DNA of 64,000 bases from assembly GCA_051530055.1 (NCBI GenBank), contig CM121342.1, forward strand, positions 14,647,480-14,711,479. Direction: 5' to 3'. This stretch comes from Neoechinorhynchus agilis (Eukaryota; Animalia; Acanthocephala). Shown piece by piece: positions 25,201-36,173 of this stretch. The notes under the pieces are model-generated. The model had not been told where the DNA came from and made no database searches. It saw only the letters and a list, made by a program, of their open reading frames with translations. Every line of letters starts with the position of its first letter. The stretch's first letter is position 1. A program made the translations under genes and the position numbers.

Positions 25201-26065
25201 GCGTTCGCATGCCATAATTGCTCCGCCAATACTGTTAGGATATGCCTCTCTCAATTATTCGCGATCTTCGGATATCCCGATTATGTTCATTCTGATCGAG
25301 GTTCCTCTTTTACGTGCCTACGCGAATGGCTCAACGATTTGTCTAAGCCATACTACTTCATATCATCCTCAAGGAAATGGACAATGTGAAAGGCTCAACG
25401 GAACTATTTGGAAAACAATTGAGCTAATACTAAATGATAGGAACCTGTCCATAAGCAAATGGTCCGATGTACTTCATGAGGCACTCGCAAAAATATGCAT
25501 GCAACTTTGTACGAGTACTGGTCAGACCCCTCATGAGCGAATGTTCGACTTCCCGCGACGATGCGAGATATTCTCACCCATACCGGGCTGGATCTCGTCC
25601 TATGAGAAAGCCTACTTTCGAAACACGAACCTCAAATCGAAATTTGACGACCAGGTGAACGAAGTGGGACTGATCAGCGCCAATGAAAAGGATGCACTGA
25701 TTGAATTCCCCGATGGTCATCGCCAATTGGTTTCCACACAAAGATTGGCTCCCACTGGAGGCGATTTATCGGAGAACGAAATGAGCAAAGAATACCCTCA
25801 ATTCTTAGGAGACGCAAAAGAAAATGATACCGCTGAAATGGAAACAATGGGGACGGAGTATGTCATGGAGAATGGACAAGAAGTCAGGAGGTCCTGCCGC
25901 GTTCGGAAGAAACAATATTGAAGGGGGGGGGTGATTGTGATATTGAGCGTCACAATCGACCGATGGATGGTGGCGGTTTCAAGCGTGCGCACGTTCGTTT
26001 TGTTATTTCGTTTCGTTAGCTCAATATAACCTAGTTCAGGTCTAGTTCAGGCATATATTATAACA
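22229..26065 (+). mobile_element. Ty3/gypsy LTR retrotransposon, structurally complete but decayed
   Basis: 130-bp LTRs 22229-22358 and 25936-26065 (TGT...ACA, 6 mismatches); PPT about 25920-25931; gag, protease LLDTGS, RT with YLSD, RNase H with a deletion, integrase HHCC and DDE; many stops. Confidence 0.95.
22390..23292 (+). CDS. Gypsy Gag with two Cys/His knuckles
   Basis: RHLLVTRKQ..IRDAFISG; CFFCGNKRHPRNLC and CYNCQNSGHFAKMC. Confidence 0.85.
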   Translation: MENEKSLSDDSTSSCQRMNPNFKIERFNTLPHENGSAKRFKLWKRNLKYLIQSVNNKDDKLEYLFANIGPDVFELVEEAQSFDDAFSTLEKLYVKKPNVVLTRHLLVTRKQLDSEGIDQYVLSLRNIARDWGFKTSSGEDIKDESIRDAFISGIKSSNIRGRLLEIEDLTLSKAITISKSIQCAVDRLEQFDDSKTSQCLRSLTVADSTFADSITENLNCNAAMGSGKSEGFSGLSICFFCGNKRHPRNLCPANEARCYNCQNSGHFAKMCRSKNPIRPNYRPFFLLELRMMALRNRPRW

Positions 26066-26239
26066 CCTCCCTTGTGTGAAAGTGAACGATAGAGTCAAGC
26101 CGAAATAGTCATGATTAAGAATAAGACAATCGCAAAAATCGAGGCAAAATAACGACAACCGTTTTAAGCTTCTAAGAACTACAAAAAATCAACATTGATT
26201 AATTTTATCAAAGTTTCGGTTAAATGGGTCCGTCACGCC

Positions 26240-26736
26240 GTTGCTGTCTTCAAAGCTCGCGACAAACGGTTTCATCATATTTTAAGGAGTTCCAAACGTT
26301 GCAGTTGTTTTACTGACGCTTTGGACCAACATTCTCGTTAACTTTGTTGTTAGAACGGCGCAACACACAGTTGTCTTTTCTATAAAATTTGCGACCTACG
26401 CTTTCGCTAACTTCGTTGTATAAAACGCACTTCGCGCTGTTGTTGTGTTTCTCATGCGCGAAGCGTACGACCTCAACCCCTCCGTTATTTAAAGTAAGCT
26501 TAAAGATGTTGCTGTCTCTAAAGCTCGCGACATACGGTTTCGCTAACGTCATATTTTAAGGAATTCGAAACGTTGTAGTTGTTCTACTGATGCACGGGAC
26601 CAACATTCTCGTTAACTTTGTTGTTACAGGGGCGCAACACACAGTTGTCTTTTCTATTAAATTTGCGACCTACGCTTTCCCAAACTTCGTTGTATAAAAC
26701 GCACGTCGCGCTGTTGTTGTGTTTCTCATGCGCGAA
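26240..26736. repeat. Two tandem copies of about 225 bp (period about 268 bp)
   Basis: 26240-26462 versus 26508-26736, high-80s percent identity by eye. Confidence 0.9.
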
Positions 26737-29385
26737 TTTTTATTTCTCACAGACTCTCTACAAAACCCCGATCTAGAATTCATCGCAGTCCATTTCTCAG
26801 CTCCTCTAAGAAATAACATTGGGGAATTCACCATTGCTAGCGTCTATCGCCCTCCTGCCTCTCGTCCTAGGTCCTCCTTTCGCCAAGTTGACTTTATGAT
26901 GGAGCTCATAAACTCCAAAAATTCACACCATTTCTTAATTACAGGGGATTTCAATAAACTATTTCCTCTCCTACCCTTCTCCGAGTATCGTCAACTTATT
27001 GACTTCCCAACTCGTCTTGACGCTCACCTCGACAAAGTGTTCACAAATATCGACGCCTACTCATCCGCCTTTAAACCCCCTCCCCCGCGAACTCTGACCA
27101 GATTATTCAATCGCTTTAGACGGTGGGACATTGGGGAAGAGGGCTTTCGAATCGGCCGTACACATCGGGTATTGTTCGAAGTCTAGTTTACTGATCTCAA
27201 TCACAAACGTTTTGCCGTCATTCTTAGGAACCTGTTAAACCGGTCTCTTGTGAGTCCACAATTCTGGCCGGACGTCTTGGGATAGACCATTTTGCACGTG
27301 GAGTAATGAAGTCTATGTGACAACATGTAACATTCAACTCTGACAACACAAATGACCCTTCCTTGACCATGCCATCCCTAACCTCAATCATAAAAAATTC
27401 TCTAACTTCGACAATTCCCAAGAAGTTCATTAGATTATCAAACCGGAGCCTATCATGGACAACCCCTAATCTTAAAATTCCTTCTTCGAAATAACTCTCC
27501 AGACTTTCCCCTTTTACAAAAGCCACTAACTTACAAAATACTTATCGCCAGAAAAAACTCTTTCCGCCAAAATTCGTTAAGGTGGCAATTGAGCATGGTG
27601 GCGGCCGTCAACGACTCTCTCGTTGCATAGGAAACTCTGACCCCTTCCCAAATTTGTCCTCTTCTGAACTGAAATGTGTTCTAGACTCCACCAATCAGAA
27701 CTTCTGCCCTGGCTCAAATTACAATCATTACTCCACATCGGACACTACACAATATTTCACTTCTACAACCAACACTTCTGCCAACTCTAAAAATACTCCC
27801 TTTAGTTTCGTCATATGAATTCCTAAAACACCTCGAAAAATTAAATTCATCACCGAACACCTAGACCTTATTTCCCTCATTATAAATCCCAGCTTTTTAT
27901 ATGACATCCACCCCGCATCCATGAAAACTGTTAAAGTAATTCTTCTTCCCAAAAAAATTCTGACAAATATTTCGGTCAAATATCTTTCTAACCCGCTCTT
28001 TCAGAAATCATCGAAAAATGTTTTTAATGTCACCTTCTTCCACTTCTCAACAACAAATTGTCGCCTTTGCAATTCGGCTTCCGGCCTAAATTTTCTGCAA
28101 CGGATGCCCTACTTTGCATCTATGACACGCTGTTACGAAACCTCGACAATAATCCCTCTCACGTCATCCATTTTTCAACCGGATTTGCCGAAAGCATTCG
28201 GCTCCGTGGACCATTTACTCCCTCTCGGGGCCTGCTCCGATTTCGGTCCCAACTTGTGGCAGATCCGCTGGCTCGAATCATATCTTCACAATCGCCAACA
28301 ATACATTCACTGCTAAGTATCCCTCACTGAAGGAGTATCTCAAGGTGAAGTCCTGTCACCACTTCTTTTTAATATTTTCTTAAACGAACTGAAACCTTCC
28401 TCGCAACACTGTAAACTTTTCCTATATTTCGATGATCTTACCCTCATCACAAAATCACACCTTCACCGCTCCCTCTCCTTTCGACCGTCATCCACTCCGG
28501 ATCCGTCATCCACTCTGGATCCATCATCCACACTGGATCTGTCATCCGCATAATCCACTCCAATTTCCGGATCCGTCATCAACTCTAAAGTGATCACGAA
28601 GACCCAGAGGTGCATGGTTCCTCTTCCTAATTTCTGCATCAATCACAAACTCCATCTCACTTTCTCTAAATGCTTCGAAATGATCCCCTCTCTCCCGCAA
28701 CCCCACATCATCCCCTGAGTTTCTAAATGACATTCGACGAGTCACCTCCCTCCGAATTTTCGGTCTCTAATTTCAATCAAACCTAAAATGGGACACGCAC
28801 ATTACACTTTCCAATCGAACGCAATATCTTTAAAATTTATCTCCTCAGATGTCTCCTTTCCAAATTTTACTTCAGCTTAATTTTGCCCTCCCTCCTATAC
28901 GGTTATCCCGTCTTTCCCAACCTATCCAAATCTCAAATCCATCGTCTTGAAAAGTTTCATAAAAGAACCTCTAAAATTTGCACAGTTGAATTTTCTCCGC
29001 TTCCCGAATGTGTCTGTAAAATTTTCAAACGACGATCAAAATGCCACAACCATACCACCACAATTTTTGCCACATTTTATTTCAATCTTCAAATGAGCGC
29101 AACACCCGCCATCTCAATTCTTTTCATCCTCCAATGCCTCTACCTCCGCTCCTTTTTCCATACTACACAATCTTCTCGGATATCATAATTTGAAATGAAC
29201 CTGGGACAAGACCCAACCTCATAAACTCTCCTAAAAAACAATAACCACCAACTTTTCCATTCGACCGAAAGCGTAATCCACTCAAAAGTTAATAGCCACA
29301 TTAATTTAACCTATCGGAACTCGAGTGTTCGCGAGTTCTAATATTCTCGAAGACCAAGATGTACATTGTTCCTCTTATTTATTCA
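26737..29385 (+). mobile_element. LINE copy C, a hybrid of copy B (5' part) and copy A (3' part)
   Basis: 26737-28403 mirrors B; 28030-29385 mirrors A. Confidence 0.9.
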
Positions 29386-32356
29386 ACAATGAGACGTGCT
29401 ATTGTTAAAAAATTTCTTTAGATTGTAACTTTCTTGTGTTCTATCACAAACTAGGAACCAAATAAGCTTTAAAATAATTTTTACCAAAGAACGATTTTGT
29501 CTTAGTTCCTAGTTCTTTGTATTTTTATTATGTAGTTGACCTTTTTCTTGCAGAGTTTGATGAACTAGGATATAAACCGGTGTACTTTCACTCACATTTA
29601 CAACACAATCACATAGAAGTGGCCCATTAAACCTAACCTACGGTTTTGTTCGATCTATCCGGAGGATGCGGTGGTCTTAAATGACATTATATTGTTTTGT
29701 GTAACACTATTTTTTAACACAATTCACCATAAAAGTTGAAAAAAATTTAAATTAAGAAGAAAAAATCGATTCGCAACAATTTGTAATCTCATAAAACTTG
29801 GTTTAAATCTTTAAGCCTCGCTTGATTGAACCGTGCTACTTTCGTAACTTTCCACAGCGACTGTGTTTCCGGCACCTTCAACGGATTCCGTAGATCCACC
29901 ATATTCGAATCCTCCTGTCATTGTTGTGGCGCTTCCTTCGGCTTCGACAGCACTTGCGAATCCGCTTCCACTGCTCAGAAATTCTGCTCCTGAGTATCCT
30001 TCAAAACCACTTGTTCCATATGACGTATATTGAGTCGCGGTTGATGAAAGATCAGCAGCACCGCCAGAAACTAGTCCACCGAATCCTGCAAGTCCATAAT
30101 CGGCTGTTTGGTATGCACTGTACGAAGCATCTCCTCCCGCAAGGGCAAGGGACGACTCAGCGCCGCCGAAACCACCTGTAAGTTGTAAGTCTTCACTAGC
30201 CAGATATCCGGATCCTGCACTAAAAGCTCCAGATCCTGCACTAACAGCTCCTGCTCCACCGACGGCATAAACAAGTCCGGGAGGAGTAATGTTCTCAACA
30301 ACACCTGCATTCCGCGCTGCCGACACAATTGAGGCGCTATCGAGAAGGCTAGCACCGTATTGTGAAGCGTAGGACAATGGGTTAACGCTCATAACTCCTA
30401 GGCGTCTAAAAACCCTCTGTACTGCTGGTCGTGGTGCTGTGTACTGCACAATCAAGTTCTTTGGAGTTCGGTATGCGCGGGCAGCCGCAGCTCGTTGGTA
30501 TATGACCTTTCGTCTTGGCAATGGGCCGTACTGTAGCCATCTTTCAATGATCACATCACGTGGCTTGGCTGGAAGAGCTGGATAACGCTCAATGATCACC
30601 TGTCTCGGTGGTGCGGGAATTGCTGCAAGTCTCTTGATAACAGTCTGAGTTTTGGTAACTACTGGCATTCTGGGTGGGCGCTCTCTTAGAACAAGGGCTG
30701 GAGGAGTGCGTGGACGTGGTGGTCTCTGTCTAATCACTAGAGGTGGAGCTGGTTTTGGTTGTGGTGGACGAACTTCCTTTATAATGAGTGGGCCTGGTGC
30801 CGGTGGGGCCGGTGGTCTGAGAAATCGTATAATAACGTTCTGTCTGTGGACGGTCGATGCACCAGTCAATGCGCGCCTGACGACGGTCGGGCTCTGGTCA
30901 GCCTGGATACGGTAGGCGTTGAGAGGTAAGACTGCTCCTGCTCCTGCTCCTGCTCCGGCTCCTGCACTAAGTCCTGCACCGCTTGAACTGAACTCGGCTG
31001 AAGAAGCGGAGAATCCACCTTGTTCAACTAATCCACCTGTCGCTCCTTCAAGAGCACCGAACGCTCCACCTGCGCCAAATGATGCTGACGAGCCATAAGC
31101 AGCGGCTTCACTGAAAGCGGCAGCATCTTCGGCACCATATGCTAGCCCGAGACCTCCTTCGACTCCGGCTCCATATCCACCGCCGGTGCTTGATTCAAAA
31201 GAATAGGATCCAAATGAACCGCCTTGGCCACCTGTAAGTCCGAGATCCGCAACTCCACCTTGTCCGTATGTCTCATAGGACACTGCTGCGAATTGATTTT
31301 CGACTGGGGCGGTATAAGCACTGGATGATTCAAAACTTGTAAGTCCTCCGGATGAAAAACCTCCCAGGTTTTGGGTAGTAACTAGGTTGCCACCACTTAG
31401 TTGAAGTCCGCTTAAAAAGGGCTGATGCGGGTTTAGATCCAAGTCGCTGCCTGTTATTTCAGTCATTGTTATTTCACACAAAGAGTTTGTTCAGTGGAGG
31501 TTGAGGACCGAAATTTGAGTGTGTGAAGTTAAAGAAGCCTTACAGTCTCGTATTTATGCTAGTCTGTGCCCCATACATTGCAGCGATTAGTAGTTTGACT
31601 TTAGTCATAACTACACAAATGCAGGAGACGTTGCTTACTCATGCTCACCTGTGAATCTCAGATACTCTCGTGGATCTCGTTACAGCGTGGCCGTTAACCA
31701 ATTGTCTCGCATATGAGCTAAACTCATCGGTGTCAGGGAGCTTGGGATGTGCACGGGTTACTCATTCACGGCATTCTGCCCAAGTTAAACATTTCGATGA
31801 GTCTAAAGAAGCCACATGCTCTTGCTATCAAAAGCGCTCAGCAATGAATCACCCGCCGCCAGCTTTTTCAACATTTTTTATTTCGATGCGGCAATAAATG
31901 TGCTAAGAATAGCCTTTTTATTTTTTTAAGCGGAAGTCTTACTGTCGGATTCCAATTAAATATTCTACGGCCTTCTAGATTATTGTTGTATGTAAAAAAA
32001 CCACATTGAAAATCACCGGTAGTACGAAAACGAGTGTTACCGGACAAATGCAGCAAATGTGTTTTCTTCTGGTCGACAGGGCTCATTTCTCAATTTAAGG
32101 AAGACTTAAATCATTCACATGAGCGATAATCTGCACGTAAACCATTTGATTTTGGACTTCGCGCCATCCCCATATCTTTCATTCGATAAGACGCATCCTC
32201 TAATTTCAATAGGAGGAAACCTATATCACTCACTTCCGTCAAAAATAGATCCTAGAAACAACGACCAGTGAATTCATAAATGCTTCAAACGAAATTCTTG
32301 CCTTCAGCGACATTAAGTAGCTGATGTCTCATATCGGGTCCTAACGATCCTAAAAG
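28030..32356. repeat. Right arm of the 4.3-kb inverted repeat
   Basis: Reverse complement of 1066-5393. Confidence 0.97.
29811..31466 (-). CDS. Gly/Ser-Pro/Arg structural-type protein, copy 2
   Basis: Identical to copy 1 in translation except P to Q (ADPSPT vs ADQSPT). Confidence 0.85.
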   Translation of the reverse strand: MTEITGSDLDLNPHQPFLSGLQLSGGNLVTTQNLGGFSSGGLTSFESSSAYTAPVENQFAAVSYETYGQGGVADLGLTGGQGGSFGSYSFESSTGGGYGAGVEGGLGLAYGAEDAAAFSEAAAYGSSASFGAGGAFGALEGATGGLVEQGGFSASSAEFSSSGAGLSAGAGAGAGAGAVLPLNAYRIQADQSPTVVRRALTGASTVHRQNVIIRFLRPPAPPAPGPLIIKEVRPPQPKPAPPLVIRQRPPRPRTPPALVLRERPPRMPVVTKTQTVIKRLAAIPAPPRQVIIERYPALPAKPRDVIIERWLQYGPLPRRKVIYQRAAAARAYRTPKNLIVQYTAPRPAVQRVFRRLGVMSVNPLSYASQYGASLLDSASIVSAARNAGVVENITPPGLVYAVGGAGAVSAGSGAFSAGSGYLASEDLQLTGGFGGAESSLALAGGDASYSAYQTADYGLAGFGGLVSGGAADLSSTATQYTSYGTSGFEGYSGAEFLSSGSGFASAVEAEGSATTMTGGFEYGGSTESVEGAGNTVAVESYESSTVQSSEA

Positions 32357-32985
32357 GTCCTTCCCATGGATCAACACACACCTTGGATTCCTTTAAGAGA
32401 TCTGCAGCTGTGCCACTGTTTCTAAGATCCTATAGAATATGCTCAACAAAAAGTTAAGAACGTTTGAAATACATCTCATTACTCACGTTGTGAGAGCAAG
32501 GGGTAATCCCGAATCGACGATAAGAAGAGCTTTCCACAAAGCCAGGAACATCGCAAATAGACACGAGAAAATAATCATTACATGTTCGTCGAATGAAAAA
32601 CCTAAATATATAAAAATGTCGATATGTGATGTACCGGGATATGTGATTGGAATTATTGTTTACAAATCTACACCCGGTAAAGAATTATTTATTAAAGACG
32701 TTTCAAACCTCGTAGGGTTCATCGAAACGCCTTTAATAAATAATTATTTACCGGGTGAAGACTTTAAACAATAGTTCTAAATATATAGGAATTAAATGTG
32801 TGAATAACAAACTTCAACACATACTTAATGAAGATTTGCGTAACCTGTACAATACGATCATTTGGTATACTATAAAAGAGTGGCAACCCTGCAGGTATCT
32901 ATAAAAATAAGCCAAAATATAAGAAGCATGAAGTGGTATATGAGGTCCACTGCAAGTACTGCCCGGCCAAGTACGTGGAACAGAA
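32357..32985 (+). mobile_element. PLE relic (RT C-terminal region and GIY-YIG) interrupted by a hammerhead-derived palindrome
   Basis: LFLRSYRICS, RARGNPESTIRRAFHKA, EVVYEVHCKYCPAKYVEQ; palindrome at 32649-32777. Confidence 0.75.
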
Positions 32986-33541
32986 AACCTTGATCAAGAT
33001 ATCGAAATTATCCGACCGATGTGAAATATCGGGGAAATAAATTAGTAAAGATTTGAATCCGTCGGGGTGGCGAAACTAAGAGAAGAAAGTATCTATTCCC
33101 GCGAAGTTATTAATTGGAGATATAATTTATTCGTGGAACTTTAACGGCGTATTCCGAAAGAGAGATCGAAAAAACTTGCGAAACAAAGGCAAACCTTGGC
33201 GTAAAATATCGAAATTATCCGACCGGTGTGAAATATCGGGGAAATAAATTAGTAAAGATTTGAATCCGTCGGGGTGGCGAAACTAAGAGAAGAAAGTATC
33301 TATTCCCGCGAAGTTATTAATTGGAGATATAATTTATTCGTGGAACTTTAACGGCGTATTCCGAAAGAGAGATCGAAAAAACTTGCGAAACAAAGGCAAA
33401 CCTTGGCGTAAAATATCGAAATTATCCGACCGGTGTGAAATATCGGGGAAATAAATTAGTAAAGATTTGAATCCGTCGGGGTGGCGAAACTAAGAGAAAA
33501 AAGTATCTTTTCCCGCGAAGATATTAATTGAAGATATAATT
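32985..33541. repeat. 207-bp tandem repeat, about 2.7 copies
   Basis: ATCGAAATTATCCGACC recurs at 33001, 33208 and 33415; units almost identical; related to 9128-9222. Confidence 0.95.
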
Positions 33542-33808
33542 CGCTATCAGGCTAGCAGCATTGCCTCGTCATCGCCCATCCTCCCCGAAGATAATAATCG
33601 AAAGCATGTCTGTTTATCTTTTACTGCATTATTTACTCAACAACGCTGATCGTTTGCAGTTTTATTGAAATATTGATCAAAAAGTTGTTAAGAGCCGAAA
33701 GCTTAAATAAACAAAACTTGCATTCTTCCAGAATACTTCAAAAAATCTCATTTTGACTTATTGGTGTTTGGATATACGGGGCTCTATTTTCTAAAAAAAT
33801 CACTCCAA

Positions 33809-35024
33809 ATGGCTCTTAGCGGTCAACGGGAGCGTCGATCCACATCGAGTGAAGGTTACCAGCCCGAAGGATTCAACTGTGCGGACTATTTCCTTCAGCA
33901 GACATCTACTTCCGGTTTAAGCGAAGACAAACACATTCAGCCTTCGTTTGCAGCCGCTCAGACGTTGATAGAATGCGTAAAGCAGAGTCACCCAGGCACG
34001 ATGTTCGAATTACTGGACATTCTCGGTCGTGGTCAGCGTCAGATTGAAGCTGTGGCTGATCCTTGTTCCCTTCCTGCGGTTCGTGCGGGATGTAGAGCAT
34101 TTAGAGCATATGCAGGTTATGTTAGGACAGCTCAACTTGAGTATAAGTCCTTTAAATGCCCTCCGGTCGATATGGAGGGCGTTGTAATCGATCGTTGGCA
34201 TGTCGACAGGCTGTTCATGAAAGTGGACGCAAGTTCGTAGAAGCTGCTGAGAACAGTAAAAACGATATCGCCAGATTCGCAATACAAAATGCTTTAATCG
34301 CATGTGCGGGAGTGTCGTCTGATCGACCGATTCTTGTCCATTCTCATTCATCAGTCGTTCATCATGTTCTTAAAATTGTGGCTCAGAAGAGAGCGCAAAT
34401 GAACCAAAAAACCCATGTTCTCGTTACGAAAAGTGACGCTGATCTTGGCGGTTTCTGGATGTACCGTAAACTAGCGGACGTTAAATCAATCGACGGCGAA
34501 AAAGATCTTATCCATGTCGAAATTATTAACGATTCCAGTGTAGGATGTGTAAAGTGGACGGGAAAGATGATTTCCTTTTTTTAAACGGGTCTTCAGTGAC
34601 ATTTCGTGTGTTTTTGGATCTCGATTACGGTTCATCTTTCTTGGCCTTAATGGAAACTGTTTCGCTCGTTTTACTCGGTGCTGAAGCTGTTACTCAAGAT
34701 GGCGGAATAGTGAATAGATCCGGTACTCTTTCAATATGCATTTGCGCCAAGCACTTCAAAGTACCCGTTGTTGTTTTGGCCGAAATGTTCAAATGGTCCG
34801 ATTATTGTCCTCGCAATAACCATTCAATGGCAGCAGAGTTCAAGTATGGAAGTGCATTAACAAGCGATCACATTAAATGCAACCAATGCAATGGGTGTAC
34901 TGCAGCTCCTTCTCAGGTCATCGATTACACCGAAGGAAAACTAATATCTCTTCATATATGTGAGGACGGGCCCATGGATCCAAACGCTGTTTCTTTAGAA
35001 ATCATAAACACCTTTGTGAGATAA
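33809..35024 (+). CDS. EIF2B1: Translation initiation factor eIF2B subunit alpha, three exons inferred
   Basis: AAAQTLIE, ILVHSHSSVV, LVLLGAEAVTQDGGIVNRSGT, VIDYT match eIF2B-alpha; start codon and junctions inferred. Confidence 0.9.
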
Positions 35025-35269
35025 ATCGAGTTTTTAATGGAGGAAATTGCAGTCTCTATGGTAATGTCGCTATGTGAGGCGTCATTTAGAAGTATTCGTT
35101 TGGTAAATAATTTTGTTTATCTCCTCAGGTTCATCTTCAGTTTGTTAGAGTCTTTTAATAACTAACAAACTCAATGTCAACGTCTCACGAGGGTCGCAGA
35201 ATGTCTATTATAAACAAAATTATTTGTGAAGTTGTCCATTTATGTGTTCTTTGGCGATAATCAAAAGTA

Positions 35270-35560
35270 GAGATTGATTCTCGAAATCGCTGGAGGTGCA
35301 GCCAACGCAGCGGAAGGGAGGAAGGTATGAAAATATAGGGATTTAGCAAGGGCCCACTATATTGTCCCCTTCGGAGTAGAGACGTATGGAGCGCTCGGCA
35401 GCTCGGCACTCACTCTGCTCCAGGATCTCTCGAAGAAATTGAGAGAAACGACCGGCGACGCACGAGCAGGTGTATTCCTGCGACAAAATATCTCGCTTGC
35501 AGTATAACGAGGTAATACTGCTAGCGTGAAAGCGACATCCGATGAAGGAGAGAAGCTCCA
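35270..35560 (+). mobile_element. CRE-type RLE 3' relic
   Basis: AGGAANAAEGRK*KYRDL..PFGVETYGALG..ISLAV*RGNTAS. Confidence 0.85.
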
Positions 35561-36173
35561 ATTTTGCGGACGGTGGTGATTGCACGTTTTGTACTTTGTT
35601 ATAAATGAAAAGTTAAATTGTTTAAAACAAATCCGTGAAGTTAAATTTTTTTATTAATTCAAAAAATTTTCGTCCATCTCTCGTCGGACTTCTTGAGAGT
35701 GTTTTATTCTCATCTTCCGTCGAAACGGAGGCAATATTTTTGAATTAATACCGAATGAAGACTCCTAAATAACGCACTTCTAGTCTCTATGGTACTTAAC
35801 GAGAACGATAAAATCCTAACCATAAAAAGTATAAATCAAATTGTTTTGTTCAAGGCGAAATAAAAAAAATCTAATGTTATTCTTACATGGTAGAAAACTA
35901 TTACTCCCGCCAAAAAACAATCTATGGATAAAATCTTTACAATTTTGACTTGTGATGAAGATAATCCCGGTTGAAAATCATTTTATTACTAGGAAATATT
36001 TCGAAAGAGGAAACCTCACCTCTGTTTTATTCGCACTTAAATGGGTTAAAATGAGAAAAAATACTTTGAGCAAAAAGGTTGATCTACGATTCGGTTTTAA
36101 ATAAACTAATTTGCGTATGATTATGTCGCACATATTCCTGAACTCCTCTTGTAACCTTCTTTTTAGAAAGTAG

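Noticed and set aside
32985-33541. Tandem array as CRISPR-like
   Set aside because: Whole units are near-identical with no unique spacers, no cas genes, and the context is eukaryotic.
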